NCBI GenBank assembly: GCA_903872035.1
Contig: CAIQIZ010000022.1
Span: 5,156 to 69,155 of the forward strand
DNA: 64,000 bases
DNA from: an uncultured bacterium
Lineage (GTDB): Bacteria > Patescibacteriota > Minisyncoccia > Phycocordibacterales > PALSA-1337
Reading direction: 5' to 3'
Shown: one piece after another, positions 26,587-36,321 of the stretch
Position numbering within the stretch: the first letter of the stretch is position 1
Layout: the number at the start of each line of letters is the position of its first letter
Translations under genes and position numbers: made by a program
Notes under the pieces: generated by a model
Told to the model about the DNA's origin: nothing
What the model saw: only the letters and a program-made list of their open reading frames with translations
The model's database searches: none

Positions 26587-28503
26587 ATGACATCTTCCGA
26601 AATACGCCAGAGATTCTTGGAATTCTTCAAGAAGCGCGGCCACGATATTATTCCTAGCGCCTCATTAGTTACCAGCGATGAAAAGGGCATCACCAACCCG
26701 ACGCTTTTCAATACGGCTGGTATGCAGCCGCTTATTCCATACTTGCTCGGTAAGCCATACTTGGTTGATGGCCGAGAATCGACGCGATTGGCCGACGTTC
26801 AAAAATGCATCCGCACAGTCGATATAGATGAGATTGGCGACAGAACCCATGCAACCTTCTTTGAGATGCTCGGGAATTGGTCTCTTGGTGATTATTTCAA
26901 AAAAGAAGCTATCGAATGGAGCTACGAATTACTTACATCAAAGAGCGACGTTGTCGGTGATCGCGGTTTTGGTTTGGACCCGAACCGATTGTATGTGACT
27001 GTCTTTGAAGGCGACGAAAATGCGGGGCGCGACGATGAAGCTGCGGGTATTTGGCGTGAACTATTTAAAAAGAACGGTGTTAATGGTGCTACAGGAGATA
27101 CGTCGAAGAATGGTGAAGAAGGACGCATTTTTTACATGCCAGCCGGCATGAATTGGTGGGAGGCGGGTGAGAATGGACCATGTGGTCCTGATACGGAGAT
27201 GTATTACGATATAGGTGATCCTAAAACGGGAGAGCCATTCTTCGGAGGTAAGCCAATAACAAGGGAACAATTTCTTGAGGCTGATTCCAAGCGCCAGATT
27301 GTTGAGGTTTGGAATGATGTCTTCATGCAATACGAGAAGAAGGATGGAAAGATCATCGGAACGCTGCCTAAGCCTTCCGTTGATACTGGAGCTGGTCTTG
27401 AACGACTAGCAATGGCACTGGCTGTGCCGTCGGTTGATAACATTTATGATACTGATCTGCTAAAGCGAGTGATGGATGAGATACAGGTTCTTTCAAAGAA
27501 TTGGGATTTGAAGTCAGCACGAATCGTCGCTGATCATATTAAAGCCTCCGTATTTCTGATTTCAGATGGTGTAAGACCTTCGAATACCGATCGTGGCTAT
27601 GTGCTGCGAAAATTGATACGCAGAGCGGTTACACATTCAAATCGGCTTGGGATCAATGCTAAAGATAACAAAAGCTCATTATCCGAACTGGCGAAGCTCT
27701 TTGTGATTAAGTATTCTGATCAATATCAATACTTAAAAGATAGCGAGTCATTAGTTTGCAAGGAAATAGCGGACGAGGAAGAGCGATTTAGACTTACCCT
27801 TGAAAGAGGCCTGAAAGAATTCGAAAAGGGCATCGATGCTTTCACTCTGTTTTCAAGCTACGGATTTCCTTTAGAATTAACCCTGGAACTAGCCAAAGAG
27901 AAGGGAATTATCGTAGACGTTAAGGATTTTGAGGATAAATTCAAATCCCATCAGGAGTTATCTCGTTCTGGTGCCGAGCAGAAATTCAAGGGAGGCCTAG
28001 CCGACGCGAATGATCCGATGATCGTCAGATATCACACCGCTACCCACATATTGCATCAAGCTCTACACGATGTTCTCGGTGATGCCGTCATGCAGAAAGG
28101 ATCGAACATCACGACTGAGCGATTGCGTTTCGATTTCGCCCATGGCGCCAAGATGACCGATGAAGAAAAGAAAAAAGTTGAGGATATTGTAAACGAGAAG
28201 ATCGCCGCCGCTTTACCAGTAAGCCAGCTCAAGATGTCTCGCGTCGAAGCTGAAAAGACTGGAGCTCGCCACTTCTTTGGCGAGAAATATGGTGACGAGA
28301 TTTCAATCTACTTCGTCGGAAAGGCTTCCAATCCTCCATTTGTGGATGATTTGACGACGGCATATTCAAAGGAATTCTGTGGCGGACCTCATGTCAAGAA
28401 CACTAGAGAATTGGCTGGCCCGGAAGGGAAGTGGCATTTTAGGATTCAAAAAGAAGAAGCAGTAGCGCAAGGAGTGAGGAGGATTAAGGCAGTATTGAAT
28501 TAA
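26587..28503 (+). CDS. alaS: Alanyl-tRNA synthetase, short form lacking the C-terminal C-Ala domain
   Basis: N-terminal 'SSEIRQRFLEFFKKRGHDIIPSASLV...NTAGMQPLIPY' and 'FFEMLGNWSLGDYFKKEAI' class-II catalytic core. Editing-domain 'HTATHILHQALHDVLGD' HxxxH motif. Ends at 638 aa against about 870 typical. Confidence 0.85.
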   Translation: MTSSEIRQRFLEFFKKRGHDIIPSASLVTSDEKGITNPTLFNTAGMQPLIPYLLGKPYLVDGRESTRLADVQKCIRTVDIDEIGDRTHATFFEMLGNWSLGDYFKKEAIEWSYELLTSKSDVVGDRGFGLDPNRLYVTVFEGDENAGRDDEAAGIWRELFKKNGVNGATGDTSKNGEEGRIFYMPAGMNWWEAGENGPCGPDTEMYYDIGDPKTGEPFFGGKPITREQFLEADSKRQIVEVWNDVFMQYEKKDGKIIGTLPKPSVDTGAGLERLAMALAVPSVDNIYDTDLLKRVMDEIQVLSKNWDLKSARIVADHIKASVFLISDGVRPSNTDRGYVLRKLIRRAVTHSNRLGINAKDNKSSLSELAKLFVIKYSDQYQYLKDSESLVCKEIADEEERFRLTLERGLKEFEKGIDAFTLFSSYGFPLELTLELAKEKGIIVDVKDFEDKFKSHQELSRSGAEQKFKGGLADANDPMIVRYHTATHILHQALHDVLGDAVMQKGSNITTERLRFDFAHGAKMTDEEKKKVEDIVNEKIAAALPVSQLKMSRVEAEKTGARHFFGEKYGDEISIYFVGKASNPPFVDDLTTAYSKEFCGGPHVKNTRELAGPEGKWHFRIQKEEAVAQGVRRIKAVLN

Positions 28504-28519
28504 AGCAATATGTTATAAT

Positions 28520-29686
28520 ATGGGCATGTCCCTGTTCTCTAACGAAAGTTTCAATCAATTAGTGATCGTCATGGATGTTCAGAGTTCTCTCGTTCGTGGA
28601 TCATTGGTCATGCTCAAGCGTGGAGCATTGCCGAATGTGATATTCACTTACACAGCTAGCGTTCCTTGGAAGCCTCACACGGACTACAACTACCTGGTCA
28701 AGATGACTCTGCGAGCGGTTTCAGAGACCATGAATGTTTGTCTTCGCAATTTTCACTCTCATCTAGCATCAGAACATGTCCCAAAGAAGATCGGGGCTAT
28801 CCACTACGTCTTATCCTCACCATGGATCGTCTCTCAGGCTAAAACTCTTTCAACGGAACTGCCAAAGGAGATGGTGGTCACGGAGGCTTATGTAGAAAAG
28901 ATCATCGGAGAAGAGAAGCGGATGATGTTACCTTCCAATGAAGTCGATAATGTGGCTATAGAACAGAAGATTTTCAATATCAAATTGAACGGATATTCTG
29001 TAGCTGAGTGGGTCGGAAAATCCGCTTTGAACATCGATGTGTCCTATACTATTAGCATAGCTAATAGCCGCATGATCGAAAATCTCAAGGATATTTCATC
29101 ATCGGCTATACACCGTATCCCGGTGCAATTCCATTCTTCTACGCTCCTACAGTTCATCGGCATGAGGATATGTCAGCCTAATAGAGGCCAATACGTTTTG
29201 GCACATATTCACGGCGAATTTACCGACGTAGCAGTCATGGACAATCATGCCTGCATATACTTCGCATCGTATCCCTTGGGCGTACGCAATATGATCAGGA
29301 AGATCGCTCTAGCTACAGGAACTGATCAACACGCGGCTGATTCATTGCTTACTTTATATGTTGGCGGTCACATCGATGCGGCTCATTCTTCAGGTCAGAT
29401 TGATGCCATTCATTCTATCGGAAATGGCTGGATGAATGCCCTCAAAAAAGCATTAGCTGAACAAAACGCTTTGTCGCTCGATTCATCGCTAGATTCATTA
29501 CGTTGCATCATCTCTGCAGTCGCACATGAGGAATTCTTTGTAAAGTGTCTCCGGGAAGCATATCCTAAAAGTCGTGTAAACACTTTATCCGTCGAAGATA
29601 TTCTGCCACATGTTGCCTTTAGCGATCGGGCAGAACGTAGCCGATTAGTCGGAGTATATGCAGTGGCACTTAGCAGTATGCTATAA
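28520..29686 (+). CDS. Hypothetical actin-like ATPase fold protein (PilM/FtsA-like)
   Basis: Phosphate-1-like 'LVIVMDVQSSLVRGSLV' and phosphate-2-like 'VLAHIHGEFTDVAVMDN' blocks spaced as in the ASKHA/actin family. Otherwise diverged. Confidence 0.35.
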   Translation: MGMSLFSNESFNQLVIVMDVQSSLVRGSLVMLKRGALPNVIFTYTASVPWKPHTDYNYLVKMTLRAVSETMNVCLRNFHSHLASEHVPKKIGAIHYVLSSPWIVSQAKTLSTELPKEMVVTEAYVEKIIGEEKRMMLPSNEVDNVAIEQKIFNIKLNGYSVAEWVGKSALNIDVSYTISIANSRMIENLKDISSSAIHRIPVQFHSSTLLQFIGMRICQPNRGQYVLAHIHGEFTDVAVMDNHACIYFASYPLGVRNMIRKIALATGTDQHAADSLLTLYVGGHIDAAHSSGQIDAIHSIGNGWMNALKKALAEQNALSLDSSLDSLRCIISAVAHEEFFVKCLREAYPKSRVNTLSVEDILPHVAFSDRAERSRLVGVYAVALSSML

Positions 29687-29717
29687 TCTATACAAGCGTA
29701 ACTTATTTATCTTTCAA

Positions 29718-31109
29718 ATGCCTCGCAGAGTACAAGACATAGTTCCAGGAGAGCATCGTCACGTCAGGGATGTCCCTGCCGAACGACAAGTCGAGCGCGC
29801 TAAACCCGAGCGTCCCAAAATCGTACGCGAGACGAAGGACGCAGAGCCAGAACAAGAGATCAAGATTCATCACAAGCCTTTAGGCCCATTAGGTCCCGTC
29901 AGCAAGAAGCATCTTCTGGTAACCCCACCACCTCCGCGCGCAAAACGCCAAGGCAACCGATTGAAATGGTTGATTCTGGCTTTGAGCATCATCGCAATCA
30001 TCGGCATCATAGGATTTGTGGCTTCTTCGTATTATTCACGCGCGACATTCACAATCACGCCCAAAGTGATCGACGTTCCAGTCAATGGGACGTTCGTAGC
30101 GCAGATAGCATCAGCTACTAGTACTCTCGCTTATGAGGTTGTGACAGTCAAAGGGGCCGCGTCTAGCACTGTTGCGGCTACAGACGGTCCGTCAATATCA
30201 ACCAAGTCTACAGGAAAGATCACTCTATACAATTCCTATAGCAATCAGCCGGTGCGTCTTATAGCTGGAACACGTTTGAGCTCTGATGGCAATAGTATAT
30301 ATAGGTTGCCTGGTTCGGTGATAATACCCGGATATACGAATCCATCCGGAACAATCATGCCAGGGAAGACCGTCGTGTCGATCGTGGCTGATCAGCCCGG
30401 TCAAGCATACAATCTCACAAAATCTGACAATGTGGATAATTTCAAAGTTGTGGCGTATAAGGGTGGACCTAGATATGAAAGCGTATACGCAAAGATGGCC
30501 ACGGATATATCCGGAGGATTCGTGGGTGTGAAGAAGATCACAGATGCGTCCGCGGTTGCTTCTACTACGGCTAAGATAAAGGCGTATCTCACCACTTCGC
30601 TGCTAGCGCAAGCCAAGAGCGCAGTTCCGCAAGGATATATCATGTATGATAATAGCTATATTTCATCGTTCGCGACACCGGATGTTGGAGGTGTGATAGA
30701 ACGTTCTGCTACCATAACCTTACAAGGAACAGTTTACGGTATCATCTTCAAGAAGAATGAATTGTTAGCCAAAATCTCTAACGGCCAATCCGGCATGTCT
30801 TTCGGTAGTTTTAGTTACACGTCACCGGGACTGGAGGAACTGCAGGTTGCAATCGTCAATCTCAAAGATTTTTCTCCTAGCAAGAAGGTCTCATTGGTCA
30901 TGAAGGTTAAAGGTGATGTAAAGCTCATTGGCACGGTTCCGGTAGACGATATAGTGAAGAAACTAGAGGGTATTTCTTTAGCCAAAACTCAAGATGTTTT
31001 CAAATCGTACAGTTCTGTCATTGCTTCTGGTACTGGCGAGCTCGTTCCGCCTTGGGCAAAAATACCAAAAAATCCCAAGAGAATAGCGGTCACGGTGCAA
31101 ATGCCGTAG
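29718..31109 (+). CDS. Hypothetical bitopic membrane protein (basic/Pro-rich cytoplasmic N-terminus, one TM, large extracytoplasmic domain)
   Basis: Likely start is the MPRRV ATG at 29718. TM 'WLILALSIIAIIGIIGFVA'. Long Ser/Thr-rich beta-rich ectodomain. Confidence 0.5.
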   Translation: MPRRVQDIVPGEHRHVRDVPAERQVERAKPERPKIVRETKDAEPEQEIKIHHKPLGPLGPVSKKHLLVTPPPPRAKRQGNRLKWLILALSIIAIIGIIGFVASSYYSRATFTITPKVIDVPVNGTFVAQIASATSTLAYEVVTVKGAASSTVAATDGPSISTKSTGKITLYNSYSNQPVRLIAGTRLSSDGNSIYRLPGSVIIPGYTNPSGTIMPGKTVVSIVADQPGQAYNLTKSDNVDNFKVVAYKGGPRYESVYAKMATDISGGFVGVKKITDASAVASTTAKIKAYLTTSLLAQAKSAVPQGYIMYDNSYISSFATPDVGGVIERSATITLQGTVYGIIFKKNELLAKISNGQSGMSFGSFSYTSPGLEELQVAIVNLKDFSPSKKVSLVMKVKGDVKLIGTVPVDDIVKKLEGISLAKTQDVFKSYSSVIASGTGELVPPWAKIPKNPKRIAVTVQMP

Positions 31110-31152
31110 TGATATCTCAACGATTATTTATTATTAACATTAATATATTCTC

Positions 31153-31797
31153 ATGAATATTGAAGCGATGGAGCATCCAAAGGATGAGAGTGGTGAAGAT
31201 AATACGATCAACGAGCTAGGAAAAACGAGAAACTTTATCGATAAGACGGTTGCTATGGCCGCAGGCGCTGCTATATTCGCCGGCGCTTCTGCTGAAGCGG
31301 GCCAAAATAAATTTGCTGAGGATACTGTACCTGTAACCAAGGTCGTCACAGAACAAAAGATTCTCAATGTTAAGCCATCGGAGAAGATCTTTGTGGGCAA
31401 ATATGCGGATGATTTCGATAAGCTCGATAGAAGCAAATTGACGGAGGCTGGTAGCGCTTGGGCATCTGAACTACTGAATAAGCTGATCGAAGCTAGAGTA
31501 ATGATTCATGGTGGCACTGACGCGATGAGCTACCTAAAAGCAGGATACGGGGCATTTGCCAGGCATTATGAGGATTTCGTTAAGACAGCTGCGCTTCATT
31601 CGCCGGGGGATCATTTGTTCGTGGCACATACAGCTCAAATTCTATTGATAAATTTCGAAGAGGCTCTTGATTCCAATAGCGTCAATAGGACAAATATGAG
31701 CGCAGAAAGAAGTTATATGGAGGATTGCATCAAAAGATGCATGGGCGCTTATGATAGAGGAACGGCTGCTAATGACGGCCCTAAGTTCAAGTTCTAG
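31153..31797 (+). CDS. Hypothetical protein (possible secreted; Ala-rich hydrophobic segment near the N-terminus)
   Basis: Clean 214-aa ORF. 'VAMAAGAAIFAGASAEA' is a signal-like hydrophobic segment. Confidence 0.45.
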   Translation: MNIEAMEHPKDESGEDNTINELGKTRNFIDKTVAMAAGAAIFAGASAEAGQNKFAEDTVPVTKVVTEQKILNVKPSEKIFVGKYADDFDKLDRSKLTEAGSAWASELLNKLIEARVMIHGGTDAMSYLKAGYGAFARHYEDFVKTAALHSPGDHLFVAHTAQILLINFEEALDSNSVNRTNMSAERSYMEDCIKRCMGAYDRGTAANDGPKFKF

Positions 31798-31874
31798 TGC
31801 AAAAGGACAACAGGCATTGACTAAAATACCCTATATCTGCTACTATCGTGAAGCACCCGGAATATATAGTGTAA

Positions 31875-32096
31875 ATGGATACAGCTCCCAAATCTAAAAA
31901 TTTTGCGACCGGCGCGGTCGTTGAGGCTTTGCCCGACACGCTATTTCGAGTGGAGCTTTCCGAAAGCAAGGAAGTCATATTGGCTTACCTGGCCGGAAAA
32001 ATGCGAATGAATCGTATCCGTGTGCTTATTGGAGATAAGGTTGAATTGGAACTTGATCCGTACGGCGGACGAGCTCGCATAACGAGACGCTTGTAA
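31875..32096 (+). CDS. infA: Translation initiation factor IF-1
   Basis: S1-like fold '[60 protein letters not shown]' aligns with the bacterial IF-1 consensus. Confidence 0.85.
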   Translation: MDTAPKSKNFATGAVVEALPDTLFRVELSESKEVILAYLAGKMRMNRIRVLIGDKVELELDPYGGRARITRRL

Positions 32097-32110
32097 TAGC
32101 GTTAAATACA

Positions 32111-32227
32111 ATGAGAGTAAAAGCATCTGTAAAGAAAATATGCGCGAAATGCAAGATCGTCAGGCGTGGCGGTTATTTATACGTTACCTGTAAGTCAAAT
32201 CCGCGACATAAGCAGAGACAAGGATAA
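32111..32227 (+). CDS. rpmJ: 50S ribosomal protein L36
   Basis: Not in the ORF track (38 aa). Translation [38 protein letters not shown] matches the L36 consensus, including the C-x2-C...C-x4-H zinc ribbon. Sits in the canonical position between infA and rpsM. Confidence 0.85.
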   Translation: MRVKASVKKICAKCKIVRRGGYLYVTCKSNPRHKQRQG

Positions 32228-32257
32228 TTTTCATATTTATATATTTATACAAGTACA

Positions 32258-32638
32258 ATGCGCATACTAGGAATAACATTACCCGAAAATAAGCGGATGG
32301 AAATAGCCTTGACGGCTATTTATGGCATCGGTCGTTCACGCGCCATGCTCGTTCTTTCGAAGGCAGGCGTCGAGGCCGGTATGAAGCCGAAGGAGCTTTC
32401 GGTAGATCAGGAGAATGCGTTACGTAAGCTGGTCGAAAGCTACAAGATCGAGGGCGACCTGAAGCGTGAAGTCGCGGGCAATATCAAACGCCTGAAAGAT
32501 ATCAAAGCCTACCGCGGTTCGCGACACGCAAGACATTTACCGGCGCGCGGTCAACGAACCAAGACCAATTCCAGGACTATTAGAGGAAACGTCAGGAAGA
32601 CTATGGGATCTGGTAAGAGGAAAGAAGAAAAGAAATAA
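32258..32638 (+). CDS. rpsM: 30S ribosomal protein S13
   Basis: 'MRILGITLPENKRMEIALTAIYGIGRSRA...' is the canonical S13 N-terminus. Basic C-terminal tail. Confidence 0.9.
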   Translation: MRILGITLPENKRMEIALTAIYGIGRSRAMLVLSKAGVEAGMKPKELSVDQENALRKLVESYKIEGDLKREVAGNIKRLKDIKAYRGSRHARHLPARGQRTKTNSRTIRGNVRKTMGSGKRKEEKK

Positions 32639-32646
32639 TCAATAAC

Positions 32647-33075
32647 ATGGGTAAAAAACGAATTGTAACAACAGGAGGAGCGGAAGCAGGTGGCGCTGAA
32701 AAGAGCGTCCAGGTTTCCAGCAAGAAGAGGGTCGACTCGGGTATTTTGCATGTCCAATCGACATATAACAATACCAAGCTCATGCTCACCGACAAACAGG
32801 GAAATGCCCTGATGTGGGGATCGAGCGGCGGAGCAGGATTTAGAGGAGCAAAAAAGGGTACTCCATTTGCGGCGGCCAAAGTCGGAGAGACATTGGCGCT
32901 CAAGGCACAGAACATCGGACTTCGAGAAGTTGATGTCGTGGTAAAGGGTGTCGGATCAGGCCGTGAATCAGCTATCCGCGGTTTTATCAGCAAAGGAGTC
33001 CTTATTTCATCTATCAAAGACGCTACACCAGTTCCGTTTAATGGGCCACAGCCGAAGAAGCCGCGACGCGTCTAA
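32647..33075 (+). CDS. rpsK: 30S ribosomal protein S11
   Basis: 'GILHVQSTYNNTKLMLTDKQGNALMWGSSG...GFRGAKKGTPFAA' is the S11 signature. Confidence 0.9.
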   Translation: MGKKRIVTTGGAEAGGAEKSVQVSSKKRVDSGILHVQSTYNNTKLMLTDKQGNALMWGSSGGAGFRGAKKGTPFAAAKVGETLALKAQNIGLREVDVVVKGVGSGRESAIRGFISKGVLISSIKDATPVPFNGPQPKKPRRV

Positions 33076-33105
33076 TTCTACATCTAATCCCTAACCCCTA
33101 CATTT

Positions 33106-33714
33106 ATGAAAATCGGACCACGTTACAAAAAAGCTCGTTACCTCGGCGCCCCCGTCTTTCGAAAGACGCAGACGCAGAAGTTCGCCATGAGCTCACAGCG
33201 AAAGGTTAAGACTATGGGTGGCCGTCGTGGCGCCAAGAGCGAATTCGGCAAGCAGTTGTTGGAGAAGCAGAAGGCTCGATTCAGCTACGGTGTCGGCGGT
33301 AGGCAATTCACCAATTACGTCAAACAAGCATTGAAGACGACCGGAGACAATGGCAAGAACCTCATGCAGCTCTTGGAGGGGCGTTTGGATAATGTCATGG
33401 TCAGGGCCGGTTTCGCCCCCACCCGTTCAGCGGCTAGACAAATGGTCTCTCATGGCCATATCAAGGTAAATGACGTCATCGTCACCATCCCGTCATATCA
33501 CGTTTCTATCGGCGACCTCCTCACCATCCGCGAAGGCAGCAAAAAGAAGGTCATTTTTTCCAAGATCGACGAGGAGTTGCAGAATTTCAAATGGCCATCA
33601 TGGATCGTCGTCGATGCGGCCAAAAGAGAGATCAAGATCGTCGCCGAGCCGGTTGTCGATATGACCGAGCTTCTCTTCGATGTCAGGCAGGTGTTGGAAT
33701 TCTATACGCGCTAG
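33106..33714 (+). CDS. rpsD: 30S ribosomal protein S4
   Basis: 'RLDNVMVRAGFAPTRSAARQMVSHGHIKVNDVIVTIPSYHVSIGD' is the S4 domain. Confidence 0.9.
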   Translation: MKIGPRYKKARYLGAPVFRKTQTQKFAMSSQRKVKTMGGRRGAKSEFGKQLLEKQKARFSYGVGGRQFTNYVKQALKTTGDNGKNLMQLLEGRLDNVMVRAGFAPTRSAARQMVSHGHIKVNDVIVTIPSYHVSIGDLLTIREGSKKKVIFSKIDEELQNFKWPSWIVVDAAKREIKIVAEPVVDMTELLFDVRQVLEFYTR

Positions 33715-33768
33715 ACAAGAACAGGATTTGGTGTATAATTAATGGCCTATTTTTAATATTATAAAATC

Positions 33769-34755
33769 ATGATTTACGACGTCGTTCTACCATCACAACC
33801 CAAGGTCATCCGCGAGGAAGGCAACAGCGGTACCTACGAGATTGATGGCCTTTACCCAGGTTATGGCCACACCCTAGGCAATTCGTTGCGTAGGATCATT
33901 CTCTCGTCTTTACCAGGCGCGGCTGTGACAAAGGTCAAGATCAGAGGCGTCGATCATGAATTTTCTGCAATCGAAGGCGTCAAGGAAGACGTCATCATCA
34001 TTCTGTTGGCCCTCAAGAAGCTACGCATCCGACTCGATACCGATGAACCTCAGCTCCTTACACTCAACGTCAAAGGTGTCAAAGAGATTACCGCCAAAGA
34101 CATCACGGTTCCAGGCCAGGCTGAGATTTTGAATCCAGACCTGCATATCGCCACCTTAACCGAGAAGGATTCTGCGATCGATATCGAGATCTCTGTCGAG
34201 AAAGGGTTGGGTTATGTCTCCAAGGAAGTCATCCAGAAAGATCGCGTGGAGATAGGGGCTATCACTCTGGATGCCGCCTTTACACCGATCCGCAAAGCCA
34301 ACTATGAAGTCGAGAACATGCGCGTCGGAGATCGTACTGATTTCAATCGTCTTCGCCTGTCCATCGAGACCGATGGCACCATAAGTCCGAGAGAAGCTCT
34401 CGAGAAGTCTATTTCTCTCATGATCCACCAGCTCAAAGCTATCGTCGGATTCAAAGAGGAAGAAGTCGAAGCCAAGGAGGAAGGAGGAAGCAGCAAGGAG
34501 GAAGGAGCTGAGGTCTCTGCGGACGAAAAGCATGGTAAGGGTGAAATGGATACGGAGCTTATGAAGACTCGCATCGATTCACTGGGACTCTCTTCTCGAA
34601 CTGCCAAGGCTTTGACGGCTGGCAATATCCGCACTTTGGGAGGTCTGGCACGCAAGAAGGAGTCAGATATCATGGATGTCGATGGATTGGGCGCCAAAGG
34701 GATGCAGGAGATAAAGAAATTACTCGCACAACACGGAATCACGTTAAAACAGTAA
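33769..34755 (+). CDS. rpoA: DNA-directed RNA polymerase alpha subunit
   Basis: NTD 'GYGHTLGNSLRRIILSSLPGAAVT', CTD 'LGLSSRTAKALTAGNIRTLGGL'. The inter-domain linker is a KEEG-rich low-complexity stretch encoded by AAGGAG repeats. Confidence 0.9.
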   Translation: MIYDVVLPSQPKVIREEGNSGTYEIDGLYPGYGHTLGNSLRRIILSSLPGAAVTKVKIRGVDHEFSAIEGVKEDVIIILLALKKLRIRLDTDEPQLLTLNVKGVKEITAKDITVPGQAEILNPDLHIATLTEKDSAIDIEISVEKGLGYVSKEVIQKDRVEIGAITLDAAFTPIRKANYEVENMRVGDRTDFNRLRLSIETDGTISPREALEKSISLMIHQLKAIVGFKEEEVEAKEEGGSSKEEGAEVSADEKHGKGEMDTELMKTRIDSLGLSSRTAKALTAGNIRTLGGLARKKESDIMDVDGLGAKGMQEIKKLLAQHGITLKQ

Positions 34756-34756
34756 A

Positions 34757-35107
34757 ATGAGACACCATTCAAACGTCAGAAAATTCGGCAGAGAGAAGAC
34801 TCAGAGGCACGCTCTGATCAGCTCTTTGGCGCGGAATCTGATTCGTGATTCCCGTATCCGGACGACTACGGCCAAGGCCAAGGAATTGCGCCCATTCGTT
34901 GAGAAGCTAGTCACCAAAGCAAAGACCGTTACGATCGCATCTCGTCGTTTAATAAATTCAAGGCTGCACAGCGCGGACGAGACAAAAAAGCTGTTCGACA
35001 CCGTCGCTCCGAAATACAAGGATCGGAAGGGTGGTTACACAAGGATCATCCGACTACCGAACAGAGACTTGGATGGTAGCTCGATGAGCTTGATAGAATT
35101 CGTATAA
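34757..35107 (+). CDS. rplQ: 50S ribosomal protein L17
   Basis: 'MRHHSNVRKFGREKTQRHALISSLARNLI' is the L17 N-terminus. Confidence 0.9.
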   Translation: MRHHSNVRKFGREKTQRHALISSLARNLIRDSRIRTTTAKAKELRPFVEKLVTKAKTVTIASRRLINSRLHSADETKKLFDTVAPKYKDRKGGYTRIIRLPNRDLDGSSMSLIEFV

Positions 35108-35115
35108 CCTGTAGT

Positions 35116-35475
35116 ATGCATATCAATACCGTGAAATACACCATAGACGCACAAGGTAAGAAGTTAGGCAGAGTCGCCAGTGAAGCGGCCTCTGTTTTGA
35201 TGGGCAAGAAGTCTGTCACATTTGCCAAGAATACTGTACAAGATGTTCAGGTTGAGATCGCGAATGCAAAAAAGACTGATATTTCAGCTTTAAAGAAGAC
35301 ACGCGACATTTATGTCACCTATACTGGTTCACGCGGCGGTCTCAATAAGGAATCTCTCGGACAGTTGATCAATCGCCGTGGAATGACCGAGGTTTATCGT
35401 CGAGCAGTCAAGAGAATGTTGCCTGATAACAAGCTACGCGATCTTAGAATGAAGAATCTGAGCGTTAAAGAATAA
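35116..35475 (+). CDS. rplM: 50S ribosomal protein L13 (short)
   Basis: 'GKKLGRVASEAASVLMGKK...' is the L13 core. 119 aa. Confidence 0.8.
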   Translation: MHINTVKYTIDAQGKKLGRVASEAASVLMGKKSVTFAKNTVQDVQVEIANAKKTDISALKKTRDIYVTYTGSRGGLNKESLGQLINRRGMTEVYRRAVKRMLPDNKLRDLRMKNLSVKE

Positions 35476-35489
35476 TATCAAATTCCAAA

Positions 35490-35900
35490 ATGGCCCCAAC
35501 TACCACCACAAACAAATATTTCGAAGCCGTCGGTCGTCGCAAGACCGCCATTGCTCGTGTCCGATTGTTCCCGGCTCCAAAGGCCAAGTATGAAGTCAAC
35601 GGAAAGGCTTTGGAAGAATATTTTCCAGTAAAAGAGATGCAACAGACGGCTATGGAGGCCATCGAAAATGGCAAAGCAGCCGAGAAGTTTCTGGTAACGG
35701 CCAAGATCGTCGGTGGTGGCATATCTGCCCAATCAGAAGCTATGAGACATGGCATTGCTCGCGCACTCCTGGTTTACGATATTGAGCTTCGTGGTGGTCT
35801 CAAGAAGCAAGGATTTTTGAAGAGAGATCCTCGCGCCAAGGAACGCCGTAAGTTCGGATTCAAGAAAGCCCGCAAGTCTCCACAGTGGTCGAAGAGATAA
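35490..35900 (+). CDS. rpsI: 30S ribosomal protein S9
   Basis: 'YFEAVGRRKTAIARVRL' and C-terminal 'KRDPRAKERRKFGFKKARKSPQWSKR'. Confidence 0.9.
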   Translation: MAPTTTTNKYFEAVGRRKTAIARVRLFPAPKAKYEVNGKALEEYFPVKEMQQTAMEAIENGKAAEKFLVTAKIVGGGISAQSEAMRHGIARALLVYDIELRGGLKKQGFLKRDPRAKERRKFGFKKARKSPQWSKR

Positions 35901-35968
35901 GGAGGAAGAAGACAGGAGCAAGGAGGAAGGAAAATCTCAAAAAAGGGAGTGGCGACACTCCTTTTTTC
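35901..35968 (+). terminator. AAGGAG-repeat element plus rho-independent terminator after rpsI
   Basis: 'GGAGGAAGAAGACAGGAGCAAGGAGGAAGG' is followed by the hairpin 'GGGAGTG-GCGA-CACTCC' and 'TTTTTTCG'. Confidence 0.6.
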
Positions 35969-36009
35969 GTGGTAGTGTCTCATCGGAAGGAATTGAAATC
36001 TGTAAGTTT

Positions 36010-36321
36010 ATGAAAGCTGCATACGATACCTCGTGGAACCGGTTCGTTAACTTAGTTTGTGCTCCAATCATCTTTTTCACCCGCTTTCACCACCGCCGCA
36101 AGTTCAAGGCTGCCATGATCGAATTAAAAACGATTCTGGCAGATCCTCGTGGACGAATAGATGCGCCGCAGAAGGTCAAGATTCTTATGCCGGATGCCGT
36201 CTTCTTCGGAATCCCGGAGACGTTAGCTGGTTGCAATTCGTTTGCGGAATTGAAGAAAAAAGCGGAGGAATCGAAGAAAAGAGCCCTTTTGTTCACCATC
36301 CAGAAGCGTTCTGGAGGCTAG
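36010..36321 (+). CDS. Hypothetical protein
   Basis: 103-aa ORF overlapped by an alternative-frame ORF. No recognisable motifs, so low support. Confidence 0.3.
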   Translation: MKAAYDTSWNRFVNLVCAPIIFFTRFHHRRKFKAAMIELKTILADPRGRIDAPQKVKILMPDAVFFGIPETLAGCNSFAELKKKAEESKKRALLFTIQKRSGG

